Source: a virus | Virus record (IMG/VR): IMGVR_UViG_3300025093_000013 | Location: 48,474-112,473 of that record | Direction: 5' to 3' (one strand) | Length of the DNA: 64,000 bases | Shown here: positions 9,776 to 19,169 of the stretch, in pieces | Position numbering within the stretch: position 1 is the stretch's first letter | Layout: every line of letters starts with the position of its first letter | Translations under genes and position numbers: made by a program | Notes under the pieces: model-generated | What the model was told of the DNA's origin: nothing | Databases searched by the model: none | What the model saw: only the letters and a program-made list of their open reading frames with translations

Positions 9776-10593
9776 TGGGATATCTTGTAGACGCAAACGG
9801 TAAGTTTATTAACTCAGGTGGTAAGATTGTATTTAGACAACCTGTTACTGAATCTCCACCACCTCCTGCTTCACAAGGTACAATTCTACAAACAAACCTA
9901 CAAGCACACTTCCACGCTGGGGATTCTGCTTCTTACGGAGGAACGGGTACAACTTGGTCTGATCTGACCACAAACAACAACGATCTTACTCTGACCAACG
10001 GGCCTACTCATGTAACCAGCCCTGTCAGTGCGTTTGATTTTGATGGTACGAATGACCTCGCTAACGGTGGAGATGTTCTCGACTGGGGTACAGGAGACAT
10101 TACAATAGGTATTTGGATGAATGCTGACACGGTTACAGCAGGTTATCAATACATTCAATCCAAGTCAGCAAGAGGTAACAGTGCCAGCCGTTATGGGTGT
10201 GGTATTAACAATGCTGCTCCATTCTTCTTCGTCATGACCACGGATACTGGCGATGGTTCTATGATCTGGACAGGCTCAAGTAATGTTACTATCTCTACAT
10301 GGCACTACCTAACCTTTACTACGAACAGAGCAAATAGTCAGGTCAACATGTATATTGATGGAAGTCCTATCACAGAATCAGGTAATGCTGCCGCTGCGGA
10401 CTTAGATAGAACAGAGGGAGAGAATATTAACTCTACCTTCCCATTTTGGATTGGTGGCACACCTAACTCAGATGGTGTTAGTAACTTCTTACCATTCAAC
10501 GGTAAGGTAGCAGAGCTTCACTGGTACAACGCTCGCTTATCTGACGCACAAGTGCTATCAAACTACAACGAAACTAAGATCTTCTACACTTAA
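9772..10593 (+). CDS. LamG/concanavalin-A-like lectin domain virion protein
   Basis: ASYGGTGTTWSDL, FDFDGTND, TWHYLTFT, MYIDG, FNGKVAELHWYNARLSDAQVLSNYN. Confidence 0.9.
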   Translation: MMGYLVDANGKFINSGGKIVFRQPVTESPPPPASQGTILQTNLQAHFHAGDSASYGGTGTTWSDLTTNNNDLTLTNGPTHVTSPVSAFDFDGTNDLANGGDVLDWGTGDITIGIWMNADTVTAGYQYIQSKSARGNSASRYGCGINNAAPFFFVMTTDTGDGSMIWTGSSNVTISTWHYLTFTTNRANSQVNMYIDGSPITESGNAAAADLDRTEGENINSTFPFWIGGTPNSDGVSNFLPFNGKVAELHWYNARLSDAQVLSNYNETKIFYT

Positions 10594-10817
10594 TCCAGTT
10601 TAGTGCCTTCTTTAAGAAGGTTGATAATCTTCTCAATGTATCCATCCTTTAATACACGGACGGTGTTGTAGAAGTTCTGCATCTCTCTCATCTTTAGCAG
10701 GGTGATGGAGGGATCTTTCTCAAGCATTTCGAGAGTTCCTTTGAGAGATCTAATAGTTGCCATCTCGGCTTCTGTTAGTCTTCCGCGAGCCTTTTTGAGT
10801 TCTTCTTCGCTTTTCAT
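10590..10817 (-). CDS. Hypothetical small helical protein
   Basis: ATGA-coupled to the helicase gene; fills the gap. Confidence 0.65.
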   Translation of the reverse strand: MKSEEELKKARGRLTEAEMATIRSLKGTLEMLEKDPSITLLKMREMQNFYNTVRVLKDGYIEKIINLLKEGTKLD

Positions 10818-12178
10818 ACCTTTATGACCTCATGTCCTTCAGAGACATAGGTTGAGAATCGTTTATTTGCGTGGGCACCAATATATTTTCCTGTATCCAT
10901 GAAATCATAGACATATACCACTTCCTTAGTGTCATGGCGACGAAGAGAGCGTCCGAGTGCTTGTATGGTTGCAATAGGACTCTTAAGGCCGCGAGCATTG
11001 ATGAAATGTGTGATTTCGCGTATGTTAACTCCTGTTTGCAAAATCTTCGTTCCAATAAGGATTGAGTTTTCTCCACACTCTGTAAACCGTCGAATGGTTT
11101 CATACCTACTGCCGAGATCATCTTCACCTCTAAGGAAATAACAAGATCCTCCAATTCCCTCTTGAAGGATGTGACCGTGTTCAAGGTCTCTGACGAGTAC
11201 AAGTATTCTGGCTTGTTCATGGTTTGATCTGATATCATCCACGATATCTTTGATCATGTTATTTCTGATTTCGTTGTTGACAATAAGTTCTTCGTAAACT
11301 CCTCTGTACCCTAGCTCTGAGTCATCAACTTCAGACTCAGGAACTTTGAGCATTTGTATGATTGGTTTGGTCAGGACATTATCCTCGATAAGATCTTGAG
11401 TTGTCCTGCATGTGTATATAGGTCCGAACGCTGATATAAGCGTCCATCGAGGGATTGGGTCCTGCGGCACTGTGGCAGTGAAACCGTACCTGTAAGGAGC
11501 GTTAGGAAAGCTCTCAATAGCTGCTACGGTGAACTCTCCGTTAGCAAACTCATGAACCTCATCCACCATGAGCACCTCGGCATCTGTGACATAATTGTCG
11601 ATAATTCTTTCAATGCTTTGGACGGTACACAGCATGATGTCACCATCCTCGTAGCCCTCACCAAAGCAGACACCTACATTGTTGAAACCACACTCGTTCA
11701 CAAAGAAGTCGTAAGTTTGTTTTAAGAGGGACTTGGCATTGAATAGGATGACCATCTTCTTGCCCATGAGAGACTTGACGATGCCAGCCATAATTAAAGT
11801 TTTGCCTGCACCAGTAGGAGCCTTGATGATACAGCGATGATTATTCAGCGCGTGTTGGATCGATTCATGCTGATAATCAAAATAAGTAAAAGGATCGATA
11901 GATTTAAGAGGAAGAGACTCTGGGCGTTCATTCTTATATTCTAGCTCAGGAACACAATCAATCTTCTCTAGGTCGGCCAGGATAGAAGGTAACATGCCTG
12001 TACCGAACTGACCACCTCTGGTAAAGAAACGCTTCTTACCATCCCATTGACGCCTCTTGTAGGCTGGTGTAAACTCAGCCCCAGGTATCTTGAAGCTATA
12101 TAAGTTACTGAGAGCCTTTAGGATCTTAGGATTATCAGTCTTGAGTTTGGATTTCTGTGTTCCAATCACAATTTTCAT
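10814..12178 (-). CDS. uvsW: SF2 DNA helicase, UvsW-like
   Basis: F-x-P-x-YK-x-x-x-WDG N-terminus, APTGAGKT, VDEVH, GFTAT, TGVNI, IQALGRSLR, VYDFMD. Confidence 0.92.
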   Translation of the reverse strand: MKIVIGTQKSKLKTDNPKILKALSNLYSFKIPGAEFTPAYKRRQWDGKKRFFTRGGQFGTGMLPSILADLEKIDCVPELEYKNERPESLPLKSIDPFTYFDYQHESIQHALNNHRCIIKAPTGAGKTLIMAGIVKSLMGKKMVILFNAKSLLKQTYDFFVNECGFNNVGVCFGEGYEDGDIMLCTVQSIERIIDNYVTDAEVLMVDEVHEFANGEFTVAAIESFPNAPYRYGFTATVPQDPIPRWTLISAFGPIYTCRTTQDLIEDNVLTKPIIQMLKVPESEVDDSELGYRGVYEELIVNNEIRNNMIKDIVDDIRSNHEQARILVLVRDLEHGHILQEGIGGSCYFLRGEDDLGSRYETIRRFTECGENSILIGTKILQTGVNIREITHFINARGLKSPIATIQALGRSLRRHDTKEVVYVYDFMDTGKYIGAHANKRFSTYVSEGHEVIKV

Positions 12179-12180
12179 AC

Positions 12181-12201
12181 TTTATTATAGACTATAATAA
12201 A
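12181..12201. promoter_or_regulatory. Perfect inverted repeat TTTATTATAG-A-CTATAATAAA, back-to-back TATAAT elements for divergent genes
   Basis: 10-bp arms with a 1-nt spacer occupy most of the 36-bp gap between uvsW and the gp26-like gene. Confidence 0.65.
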
Positions 12202-12214
12202 GCGGAGTTTTTAT

Positions 12215-12925
12215 ATGCCAGCAGCAAAGAAGAAAACTGTAGACGAGATGGTGGATGACATCTTAGCTGATGTCCCCTACAATGCACAAAATACTGTAAC
12301 TCTCCCCTCAGGTGGGGTTGCTACACTAAGACCCATTACCTTTGAAGAAGAGAAGCAGATTCTTTCCCTGTCAAAGAAAGGAGTAGATCCTTCCCAAGTG
12401 CTTCTTGAAAACTGTGTATCTGATATTGATAAATCAGATATCCTCCTAGTTGACAAGATATATCTTTTGTTCAAGCTTAGAGAATTATCTTTTGGTTCTG
12501 TTTACAAGTTTGTTGTTGGATGCCCTTCTTGCCACCAAGAAAACAGGATCTCTGTTGACCTAAACGACATGCCTGTAGTTTCTCTGGAAGACATGGGTAG
12601 GGAAGTGGAGATACAGCTTCCAATGTGTAAGAAGCCTGCTAAGGTAAAGCTCGCCTCAATGAGTGACGAGGTTTACATGTCAGACCCTGAGCTTCTGATG
12701 GATAATCTTTGGAGATTTATCATCAGCATCAATGATGTGGAAAATGACATGGTTATCCAGAAGGCTATCAAAAAACTTCCTGCGGGGGACATTAACACCA
12801 TAATGTCAACTGTAATGTGCGAGGGGTACGGTCTAACCACTGAAATCCGTGTCCTCTGCTCTCACTGCGGCCACGACTCAGTGATGGAGTTGCCTCTAAA
12901 TAAAAATTTTTTCTCAGCGAGCTAG
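12215..12925 (+). CDS. T4 gp26-like baseplate hub/tail assembly chaperone
   Basis: TLPSGG, RPITFEEEKQIL, DKIYLLFKLRELSFG, CPSC and CSHCG Zn pairs, ends NFF; GGAG RBS. Confidence 0.8.
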   Translation: MPAAKKKTVDEMVDDILADVPYNAQNTVTLPSGGVATLRPITFEEEKQILSLSKKGVDPSQVLLENCVSDIDKSDILLVDKIYLLFKLRELSFGSVYKFVVGCPSCHQENRISVDLNDMPVVSLEDMGREVEIQLPMCKKPAKVKLASMSDEVYMSDPELLMDNLWRFIISINDVENDMVIQKAIKKLPAGDINTIMSTVMCEGYGLTTEIRVLCSHCGHDSVMELPLNKNFFSAS

Positions 12926-13110
12926 AGGAAAACAATCTAGAAAATCTATTTAGAGAAGCCTATATACTTGTTAGAAGGTGTAAAGTCCCCTACAGCGATG
13001 TAAAAACTATGGATCGCCAAGAAAGGGGCTTCTTCTTGGGTTTCCTCAAAGAGGAACTCATGGCTGAGGAGGAATATATAAATGAAGCTAAACGGGGTAG
13101 AGGTCGTTGA
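12910..13110 (+). CDS. Start-less gp51/gpT-like ORF, probably a -1 frameshift extension of the upstream chaperone
   Basis: -1 frame reads FLSELEENNLENLFREAYILVRRCKVPYSDVKTMDRQERGFFLGFLKEELMAEEEYINEAKRGRGR*; slippery A_AAT_TTT / T_TTT_TTC at 12904-12913. Confidence 0.75.
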   Translation, partial: FLSELEENNLENLFREAYILVRRCKVPYSDVKTMDRQERGFFLGFLKEELMAEEEYINEAKRGRGR

Positions 13111-14005
13111 GAGACAGAATCAACCAGGGGTTTTGAGCAGAAACGCCCTTAGATTAAATCTATACAATAATGGAACTTACTTTGATCCTTATGCAGTAAG
13201 CTCTGTAAGTCTATTTTTCAAGAAGGAGAATGTTTCCCCAAGCTCTGTTCTTGCTTCAGGGACTCAGCTTATCTCTGATTCAGCGGCATCTTCCGTTAAG
13301 TTCAGATGGAGATCAGATAACGCTAATGGGTATGTGGCTGAGTCTGAATTCTCTACAGACGCTTCCGATGCATCTGGAGTTTATCGAACTGATGTGGGTC
13401 GCTTTGTAGTTGTCCTAGACGGAACACAGACCGTATCAAGTCTGGATAGAAGCGGGACCACAATAAAAAATACCGCCAGCAGTGTCGGTGATTACATTGA
13501 TGTATGGACCATAAAAACAGCCGCATCCGCTGACTGGAAAGTCTTTATCAATAACTTTACTCTGTTTCAAGACAACATTATAGCGATCACTGAGCCTCTT
13601 ATGATGAAGTCTAGAACCAGCCTAATGCCAAACAAGGTTAGACTGGATGAGGTTGTAGAACTAAAGGTTCCTGTTGAAATTACTGTTACCAACAGAAACA
13701 TAGACGAGAGTATCAAGAACGCTCTCAGCCAAGGAGTATTAACGGAACCTCAGTTTAGGATCCTCAAGCACAACGAAGATAGTAATCTTCCCGCTAGAGT
13801 AGAGGTCTCTGGATACTCAGCTACTTCTTCTCTGGTCGAGACTACCTCGGATAACACCATGATCTTCAAGCTAGACACTAGTGTCCTTACAGACGGTAGT
13901 ATTACTGACCTTGGAGCAGGGACAGGCACCTACTCAGTTGAGGCCAAGTACACTCTCCTCAACGAAACTATCATCTCACCGATGATGTATTTCACAGTCC
14001 GCTGA
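13082..14005 (+). CDS. Hypothetical virion protein, two beta-sandwich domains
   Basis: GAGGAGG upstream; GVYRTDVGRF...GDYIDVWT and GTYSVEAKY...FTV patterns. Confidence 0.65.
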   Translation: MKLNGVEVVERQNQPGVLSRNALRLNLYNNGTYFDPYAVSSVSLFFKKENVSPSSVLASGTQLISDSAASSVKFRWRSDNANGYVAESEFSTDASDASGVYRTDVGRFVVVLDGTQTVSSLDRSGTTIKNTASSVGDYIDVWTIKTAASADWKVFINNFTLFQDNIIAITEPLMMKSRTSLMPNKVRLDEVVELKVPVEITVTNRNIDESIKNALSQGVLTEPQFRILKHNEDSNLPARVEVSGYSATSSLVETTSDNTMIFKLDTSVLTDGSITDLGAGTGTYSVEAKYTLLNETIISPMMYFTVR

Positions 14006-14924
14006 GAACCATATTAGCCCAATCGTAGGGCTTGTAGCTCTTGGCGTAATCTGTGACTAGGAACTGCTCGTCACCAGCAGCAATCAGCATATCGTTCCAG
14101 TCCTTGAAGTTGGCACCTGGGAAGATGTGATTGAAGGTAGGCATACAGCAACGCTTACGGAGCCTCTCAAAGCGTTCTAGACCTTCACGACCAGCATCGT
14201 CGTTGTCGTAGGCTACTACAATTGGACCCCTGTACTCACGCAGATATCGTATTTGAATGAGCGAAGGGGAGCAGCCGTTGGTACATGTCGCATTAAGACC
14301 GCACTCCTTGAGTGCGATGGCATCAAAGGCACCCTCAGTGATGTATAGTGGCTCGGTGCTCTCGGTATCATAAGGGAGAAGGACATGGGAGGACTTAACA
14401 CCCGCCTCACTGGGAGGGTTGAGATACTTAGGGGTCTGGGGTCCAAGCGCACGGGCTGTAAAGTAGAAAAGTCCGTGTTCGTCCTCGAAGGGGATAATGA
14501 GTCTACCTGCGTACCGTCCTGAGGAGGCATAGTAAAAGCGAGCAGGATTAAGATTACGATTGCGAACATAGTAATCCGCAGGGCTGTCCTCTTCGATTGG
14601 ATTGAACTCTTCATATTCTAGATTCTGTATCTCAGGCGTAATGATTTGGGCGCTAGACTCTTCGGGAAGCTGACCGTTCTCGATGCAGTAGCTGTAGAAG
14701 ATCTCCTTGCCACGATGGTAAGGGACACCACGAACAATGGACACAAGCTGGTAAAAGTTACCTGTCTCACCAGATTTGAAGCATTGCCATAGGCCAGTCT
14801 CAAGGTTGACGGACATGTGACGCTTGTAGTCAGAGGTATCAATGACTGAGTTACAAACCCACTCACGACCGCCGCTCTGAAGGCGTCCATCCTTGATGTT
14901 ATTCTGTACCCACTCGCTAATCAT
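13992..14924 (-). CDS. DNA primase (DnaG/gp61-like, TOPRIM)
   Basis: Degenerate Zn-finger (VCNS...HMSVN...WQCFKSG), RLIIPF, FTAR, KYLNP, ITEGAFDA, YDNDDAG, KDWND. Confidence 0.92.
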   Translation of the reverse strand: MISEWVQNNIKDGRLQSGGREWVCNSVIDTSDYKRHMSVNLETGLWQCFKSGETGNFYQLVSIVRGVPYHRGKEIFYSYCIENGQLPEESSAQIITPEIQNLEYEEFNPIEEDSPADYYVRNRNLNPARFYYASSGRYAGRLIIPFEDEHGLFYFTARALGPQTPKYLNPPSEAGVKSSHVLLPYDTESTEPLYITEGAFDAIALKECGLNATCTNGCSPSLIQIRYLREYRGPIVVAYDNDDAGREGLERFERLRKRCCMPTFNHIFPGANFKDWNDMLIAAGDEQFLVTDYAKSYKPYDWANMVLSGL

Positions 14925-15700
14925 TTCTTGCGTCTTGGTCTGGTCTTACACTCGTCTAGTCGGCCCTTCACGACCTCTGGGTCATTATAGAGTGGGCATA
15001 TGGATTTGTAAGAACACCAGTTGCAGAAATCGTTCTTCTGGGGGTACAGGTCATCACTCTTGCATTTGCGGATGGTCCACACATCATCTACAACAGACTT
15101 AATGTGTTGCCTAATAGTCGCCTCGGTGTAGGTAGCCGCGACAAGATTGTTTGATAGAGGATAATAGTGGGCGAAGGTAATGTTTCGTATAGGGACACCC
15201 GTAAGCTTGTGTGCTGCGTAGACATAAGATTTCCCTTGGCTATCATTGAAGAGTTCGAATTTGGTCTTCTCTCGTCTGGAAGTCTTGTAATCCACGACAA
15301 GAATATCTCCTGTTGGTGCTTTGATAATCCTGTCAATATATCCTTCATGTTTGATTCCATCAGCAATCTCCTCTGCGAAGTGATGCTCCACGATGGACTC
15401 CTTTGGCAGTGACGCATTGAACCGCAGGAAGTTCTTGAAGCATTTCTCGATGTCCTTGTTGTACTTATCTGGGAACTTATACTTGTCCTTTATATCGTTA
15501 GCCTTAGCCCAAAGCTGGTCGATAGAGGTAGCCCCTGTGCTATGCTCAAATACCTCATGGATGAATGAGCCGAAGTGCAAGGCTCCAGTATTGCCAGGAT
15601 CTGTGTCTTCGTACCTGTTCACATAGTTGTATTTATATTTGAGTCTGCACTGGCGAAAGGTTTCTCTCTTTGAGTTGCTAATTGTGTTACAAAACATCAC
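14921..15700 (-). CDS. PD-(D/E)XK nuclease, Cas4/AddB/RecB-like with Fe-S/Zn staple
   Basis: S-x-S...QCRLKY, GSFIHEVFE, GYIDRI, VVDYKT, Q-x-x-x-Y, C-terminal CNWCSYKSICP. Confidence 0.9.
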   Translation of the reverse strand: MMFCNTISNSKRETFRQCRLKYKYNYVNRYEDTDPGNTGALHFGSFIHEVFEHSTGATSIDQLWAKANDIKDKYKFPDKYNKDIEKCFKNFLRFNASLPKESIVEHHFAEEIADGIKHEGYIDRIIKAPTGDILVVDYKTSRREKTKFELFNDSQGKSYVYAAHKLTGVPIRNITFAHYYPLSNNLVAATYTEATIRQHIKSVVDDVWTIRKCKSDDLYPQKNDFCNWCSYKSICPLYNDPEVVKGRLDECKTRPRRKK

Positions 15701-15975
15701 AGTATCATAGGGTAATAAATCTCGATCTCGATAGCCTGGAAGAAGTCCTGAACCTGCTCCTCAGAGTATTTGCACTTCTTGGTCATATAGTGGTACAGAC
15801 TCCTCTTTTTTAAAGGTTTCTTGTCAGAAACAGTCTTCAAGAGCTTATACTGAAACTTCTTGATGAAGGATGTAGAGAATCTATGTCTCCACTTACTTAC
15901 AAACTTATCACTAAAGGTATAGTCTAGTAAGTCTATAAACTCTATAATTTCATAGTTATCTATACTCATCATCAT
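15697..15975 (-). CDS. Hypothetical protein
   Basis: First gene of a coupled minus-strand operon; overlaps the next start. Confidence 0.7.
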   Translation of the reverse strand: MMMSIDNYEIIEFIDLLDYTFSDKFVSKWRHRFSTSFIKKFQYKLLKTVSDKKPLKKRSLYHYMTKKCKYSEEQVQDFFQAIEIEIYYPMIL

Positions 15976-16004
15976 TAATAAATATTACTATATAATACAG
16001 GCAC

Positions 16005-16466
16005 ATGGCTGAGATTTCGAAAAAAGATCCTAGATTTCTAGAGATTCAAGAAGAAAAACTTAAAAGGGCCCTGGAGATAGATGAAACGGGACTTGACCTG
16101 ATCTCTGCTAGGGTCCCTTCGGTCAATAGTATCAGCCCTGGTAATGTAGTAAGTTTCTCCTACAATAAATCAAGTTACATGGCCCTTGCAGTGTCTAATG
16201 GTAGATCAGGCCCTAGTAGTGCAGTATTCAGGAGTCGAGGTACAAAGAATAAGCTGTTCTCTTGTTTCTTGGTGGATCACCTGTCTAGTGAATCCTTAAA
16301 GATTATTATCGAGTCCCTAAATAGATATGGGAGCTTCACAAAGATAGCTTCCTACAGGTACATAACTAACCTATTCGGACTTTTTGTAGGCAGGGAGAAT
16401 TACAGAACATTTATATCAACAGGAAGGATGTCGAATCTAACCAGGATATTAACTAAAGGAAGGTAA
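16005..16466 (+). CDS. Possible DNA end-protector (T4 gp2-like)
   Basis: PGNVVSFSY, FLVDHLS, NYRTF pattern resembles gp2-family motifs; TATATA/TATAAT upstream. Confidence 0.4.
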   Translation: MAEISKKDPRFLEIQEEKLKRALEIDETGLDLISARVPSVNSISPGNVVSFSYNKSSYMALAVSNGRSGPSSAVFRSRGTKNKLFSCFLVDHLSSESLKIIIESLNRYGSFTKIASYRYITNLFGLFVGRENYRTFISTGRMSNLTRILTKGR

Positions 16467-16468
16467 CC

Positions 16469-17986
16469 ATGGCAGACCCTAATGACCCCACTGGACCTCT
16501 TGGAAGAGGTTTTGAAGAGTTCAAGCGTCAAAGTCTGGCTCTAGCTTCTGCTTTCAATGGGCTTACAGGCGTATTCGAGCTAGGCATTAGAAGTTTAGGC
16601 GTAGCTGGTGCGGAAATTTCTAAGGCTTTAGTTGAGGTTACTAAGGTTGACCAAAGACTAGCTGTAATCAACTCTGATCTAAATTCCGTTCTTGGAGGAA
16701 ACACAGACGCTCTCGAAGGAACCACCGCAGGGTTAGAGAACGCAACAAGGGCACTTACAGAGTTAAGGATTGCGGGCTTTCAAGGAACAAACAAAAATCT
16801 AGTAGATCTCGCTACTAGACTCAAGCTATCGGGCCAGAACACTGCTGCCTTGTTTTCTCTGTCTCAATCCTTACTTGGGATGGGCAACCTGACTGAAAAA
16901 CAAATTGATAGCTTTGCCAAGAATGTCATCGACCTATCCAAGAGCTTTGGTGTAACGGGTGACTCAATCATCGGAGCGGTAAACGAGCTATCCAACAATC
17001 TCAGTGTTCTAAACATTGGTGGCGGTGCAGAAGCAGCAGCTAACTTTACTGCAAGGTTGGCAGCCGTATTAGGTCCTGAAAACGCTAAACTAGCAGGGCA
17101 GTTTGCGAAGACCTTGACAGATGTAAATACTGATCAAAACCAATTAGCGATCCTAGGTCTAGAGGGTTTAGCCAATAAACTGTTCCAAGGTATCGAGCCC
17201 TCTGCTGAAGAATTAAGAAGTAGCCTTGATAGAGCAAGAGAAGTTTCAAGAAGCATCGTAGGAGAGCAAGGGCAAACCACGCTTAGAAGTCTTCAGGCGG
17301 TCCAAGGTATTCTTGGTGACTTAGGCCCTGCATCCATCCTGATAGCTGACAAACTTGATGATGCAAGCTTCGCAGCAAAGAGCTTTGGAGACAAGATCTC
17401 GGAGTTGTTCGGAGTAGTAAAGCAAAATCTTCTTGCACCTTTTAATCGAGCCATTGCTGAGTTACAACCATCCTTTGAGTATTTGATTAAAGGTCTAGCA
17501 GCCGCAGCGACATCATTCCTAAATTTGCTTGCAGCGTTTAATCCTTTGATTGCAGCCGTTGCGCGTGTTGTAGGATTCATTGGTAGAGTTGTTGGAGGAA
17601 TCCTTAATGTATTTGGGGCCCTGGTGGCTACTGTTTCCAATATTTTTGGATTTGACGCAGGTTTAGGAGGCTACGGTAAAGTTCTTGATACTTTACTCGG
17701 TCTCAAGAATTCAAGCGAAGACAGCGCCAACTCATTAAAAGAGATTGGATTAGCCTCGAAGGAACAGAGAAGAAGAGAGCTTCTAAAGACTCCATCAGAA
17801 GAAGGTGGTCTCTCGTTTATAGAGAAGAGAAGACTGCAAGACTTAGACGCTCTGGTCAGAAGCGCAGAGGTTCCATTCTTAGCAGAGCTTCTCACAGTTA
17901 ATAAGCAGCAGTTGATTGGTCAACGAGAGTTGATTGACGAGACGAAAAGAAAAGAAACGAAAGCAGTAGCTAGTAGGAGGAGATGA
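16469..17986 (+). CDS. Tail tape-measure protein
   Basis: Ala/Leu/Gly-rich helical protein with an amphipathic/hydrophobic stretch near aa 335-395; precedes tube-initiator and LysM genes. Confidence 0.75.
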   Translation: MADPNDPTGPLGRGFEEFKRQSLALASAFNGLTGVFELGIRSLGVAGAEISKALVEVTKVDQRLAVINSDLNSVLGGNTDALEGTTAGLENATRALTELRIAGFQGTNKNLVDLATRLKLSGQNTAALFSLSQSLLGMGNLTEKQIDSFAKNVIDLSKSFGVTGDSIIGAVNELSNNLSVLNIGGGAEAAANFTARLAAVLGPENAKLAGQFAKTLTDVNTDQNQLAILGLEGLANKLFQGIEPSAEELRSSLDRAREVSRSIVGEQGQTTLRSLQAVQGILGDLGPASILIADKLDDASFAAKSFGDKISELFGVVKQNLLAPFNRAIAELQPSFEYLIKGLAAAATSFLNLLAAFNPLIAAVARVVGFIGRVVGGILNVFGALVATVSNIFGFDAGLGGYGKVLDTLLGLKNSSEDSANSLKEIGLASKEQRRRELLKTPSEEGGLSFIEKRRLQDLDALVRSAEVPFLAELLTVNKQQLIGQRELIDETKRKETKAVASRRR

Positions 17987-18882
17987 TGAAGGAAATAGTT
18001 GACAGGCAGTTAGAGAATAGATCTAAGTTTGTTTTCAGCTTTAACAAGCGAGACGGTAAGGCCCCCATTATCAGAACTTTACACTTTGCTGAGAACATTG
18101 ATATAAAGGAGAGTGTGCAAACTAATTACTCTGAGTATACTCCTTTGGGAAGCAACGGCTCTGTCTTTACATTCTTAGGAGCTAGGTCTAGATCATTCGA
18201 TGTAAACTTCAATATTACTCTTCCTAACATCATGATGTATACTTTGGTAAAGCCTCCTACGGAAACCAAAAAGTCTAGAGTGTCTAAGGCGGATTACTTT
18301 GAAAGAGACAATGTGGATAAGACCTCTAACTCCATCAAAAGCGTAGAGAGTATTCAGTCTAACATAGAGAAGTTTGCGAACGATTTTATCAACAATGTTC
18401 TTCTAAACGGTAACGATGTTCAAACCTATGAAGAACTGCCTGCACCTTTAGCAAACGAAGTTAGCAGAGGCATAACAACGGGAGCGGGAGCAGACACCAG
18501 ACTAACTGCTATACTAAAGTGCATGTACTGGGTGAACTTGATTAGAAGTAGTGTGATGACAAGTTCTAAAAAGCCATCACTAGGTCCACCTATTGTTAGC
18601 ATGGTTCATGGTATTCTTTACCAAAATGTTCCATGCATTGTAACAGACTACTCAATATCTCACGACCCCGCTGGAGGTTACGACGAAGTAACCATGCTTC
18701 CTAGAATACTGAAATTTAGTATGAACCTAAGGGAGGTTAGACTTAGAGGGTTGGACTTCAACCCAACGACTCCTGAATCTTCTAAGATGATGCCAGGATG
18801 GGACTCATTCATTGAAGAGGGCTTTGCCACATTCGACCCCATGAATGCAGTACAAAACACCACGGATCAAGGTACTATATAA
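17983..18882 (+). CDS. Tail tube initiator / baseplate tube-cap protein (gp48/gp54-like)
   Basis: ES-x-x-x-NYSEYTPLG...F-x-G-x-x-SRSFDVNF, PPIVSMVHG-x-LY-x-NVPCIVTDYSI, LPR-x-x-x-x-x-x-L-x-E. Confidence 0.75.
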   Translation: MMKEIVDRQLENRSKFVFSFNKRDGKAPIIRTLHFAENIDIKESVQTNYSEYTPLGSNGSVFTFLGARSRSFDVNFNITLPNIMMYTLVKPPTETKKSRVSKADYFERDNVDKTSNSIKSVESIQSNIEKFANDFINNVLLNGNDVQTYEELPAPLANEVSRGITTGAGADTRLTAILKCMYWVNLIRSSVMTSSKKPSLGPPIVSMVHGILYQNVPCIVTDYSISHDPAGGYDEVTMLPRILKFSMNLREVRLRGLDFNPTTPESSKMMPGWDSFIEEGFATFDPMNAVQNTTDQGTI

Positions 18883-19169
18883 TGGCTCAAACAAGATACA
18901 ATGAGGGTGTGATTACCGTGTCTCACAAAGGTAAAGATATTACTACCTCTGTGGGATCTCAAATGGACGATTTCATTTCGACCATGGATACTCGCTATAC
19001 TTATCAGATCGGTAAGATACCTGCTGAACACGATGTAAGGCCAGACTTAACATCATTTGTCTTCTATGATACTGTATCAAGGTGGTGGTTGATGCTACAG
19101 TTCAACAACATAAATGACCCTTTCGAAGGATACACCGCAGGTAAGTTTATAAAGATACCTAACTTATAA
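18882..19169 (+). CDS. Baseplate wedge LysM-like protein (gp53/P2 X-like)
   Basis: RPDLTSFVFYDTVSRWWLMLQFNNINDPF...G-x-x-IKIP. Confidence 0.88.
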   Translation: MAQTRYNEGVITVSHKGKDITTSVGSQMDDFISTMDTRYTYQIGKIPAEHDVRPDLTSFVFYDTVSRWWLMLQFNNINDPFEGYTAGKFIKIPNL

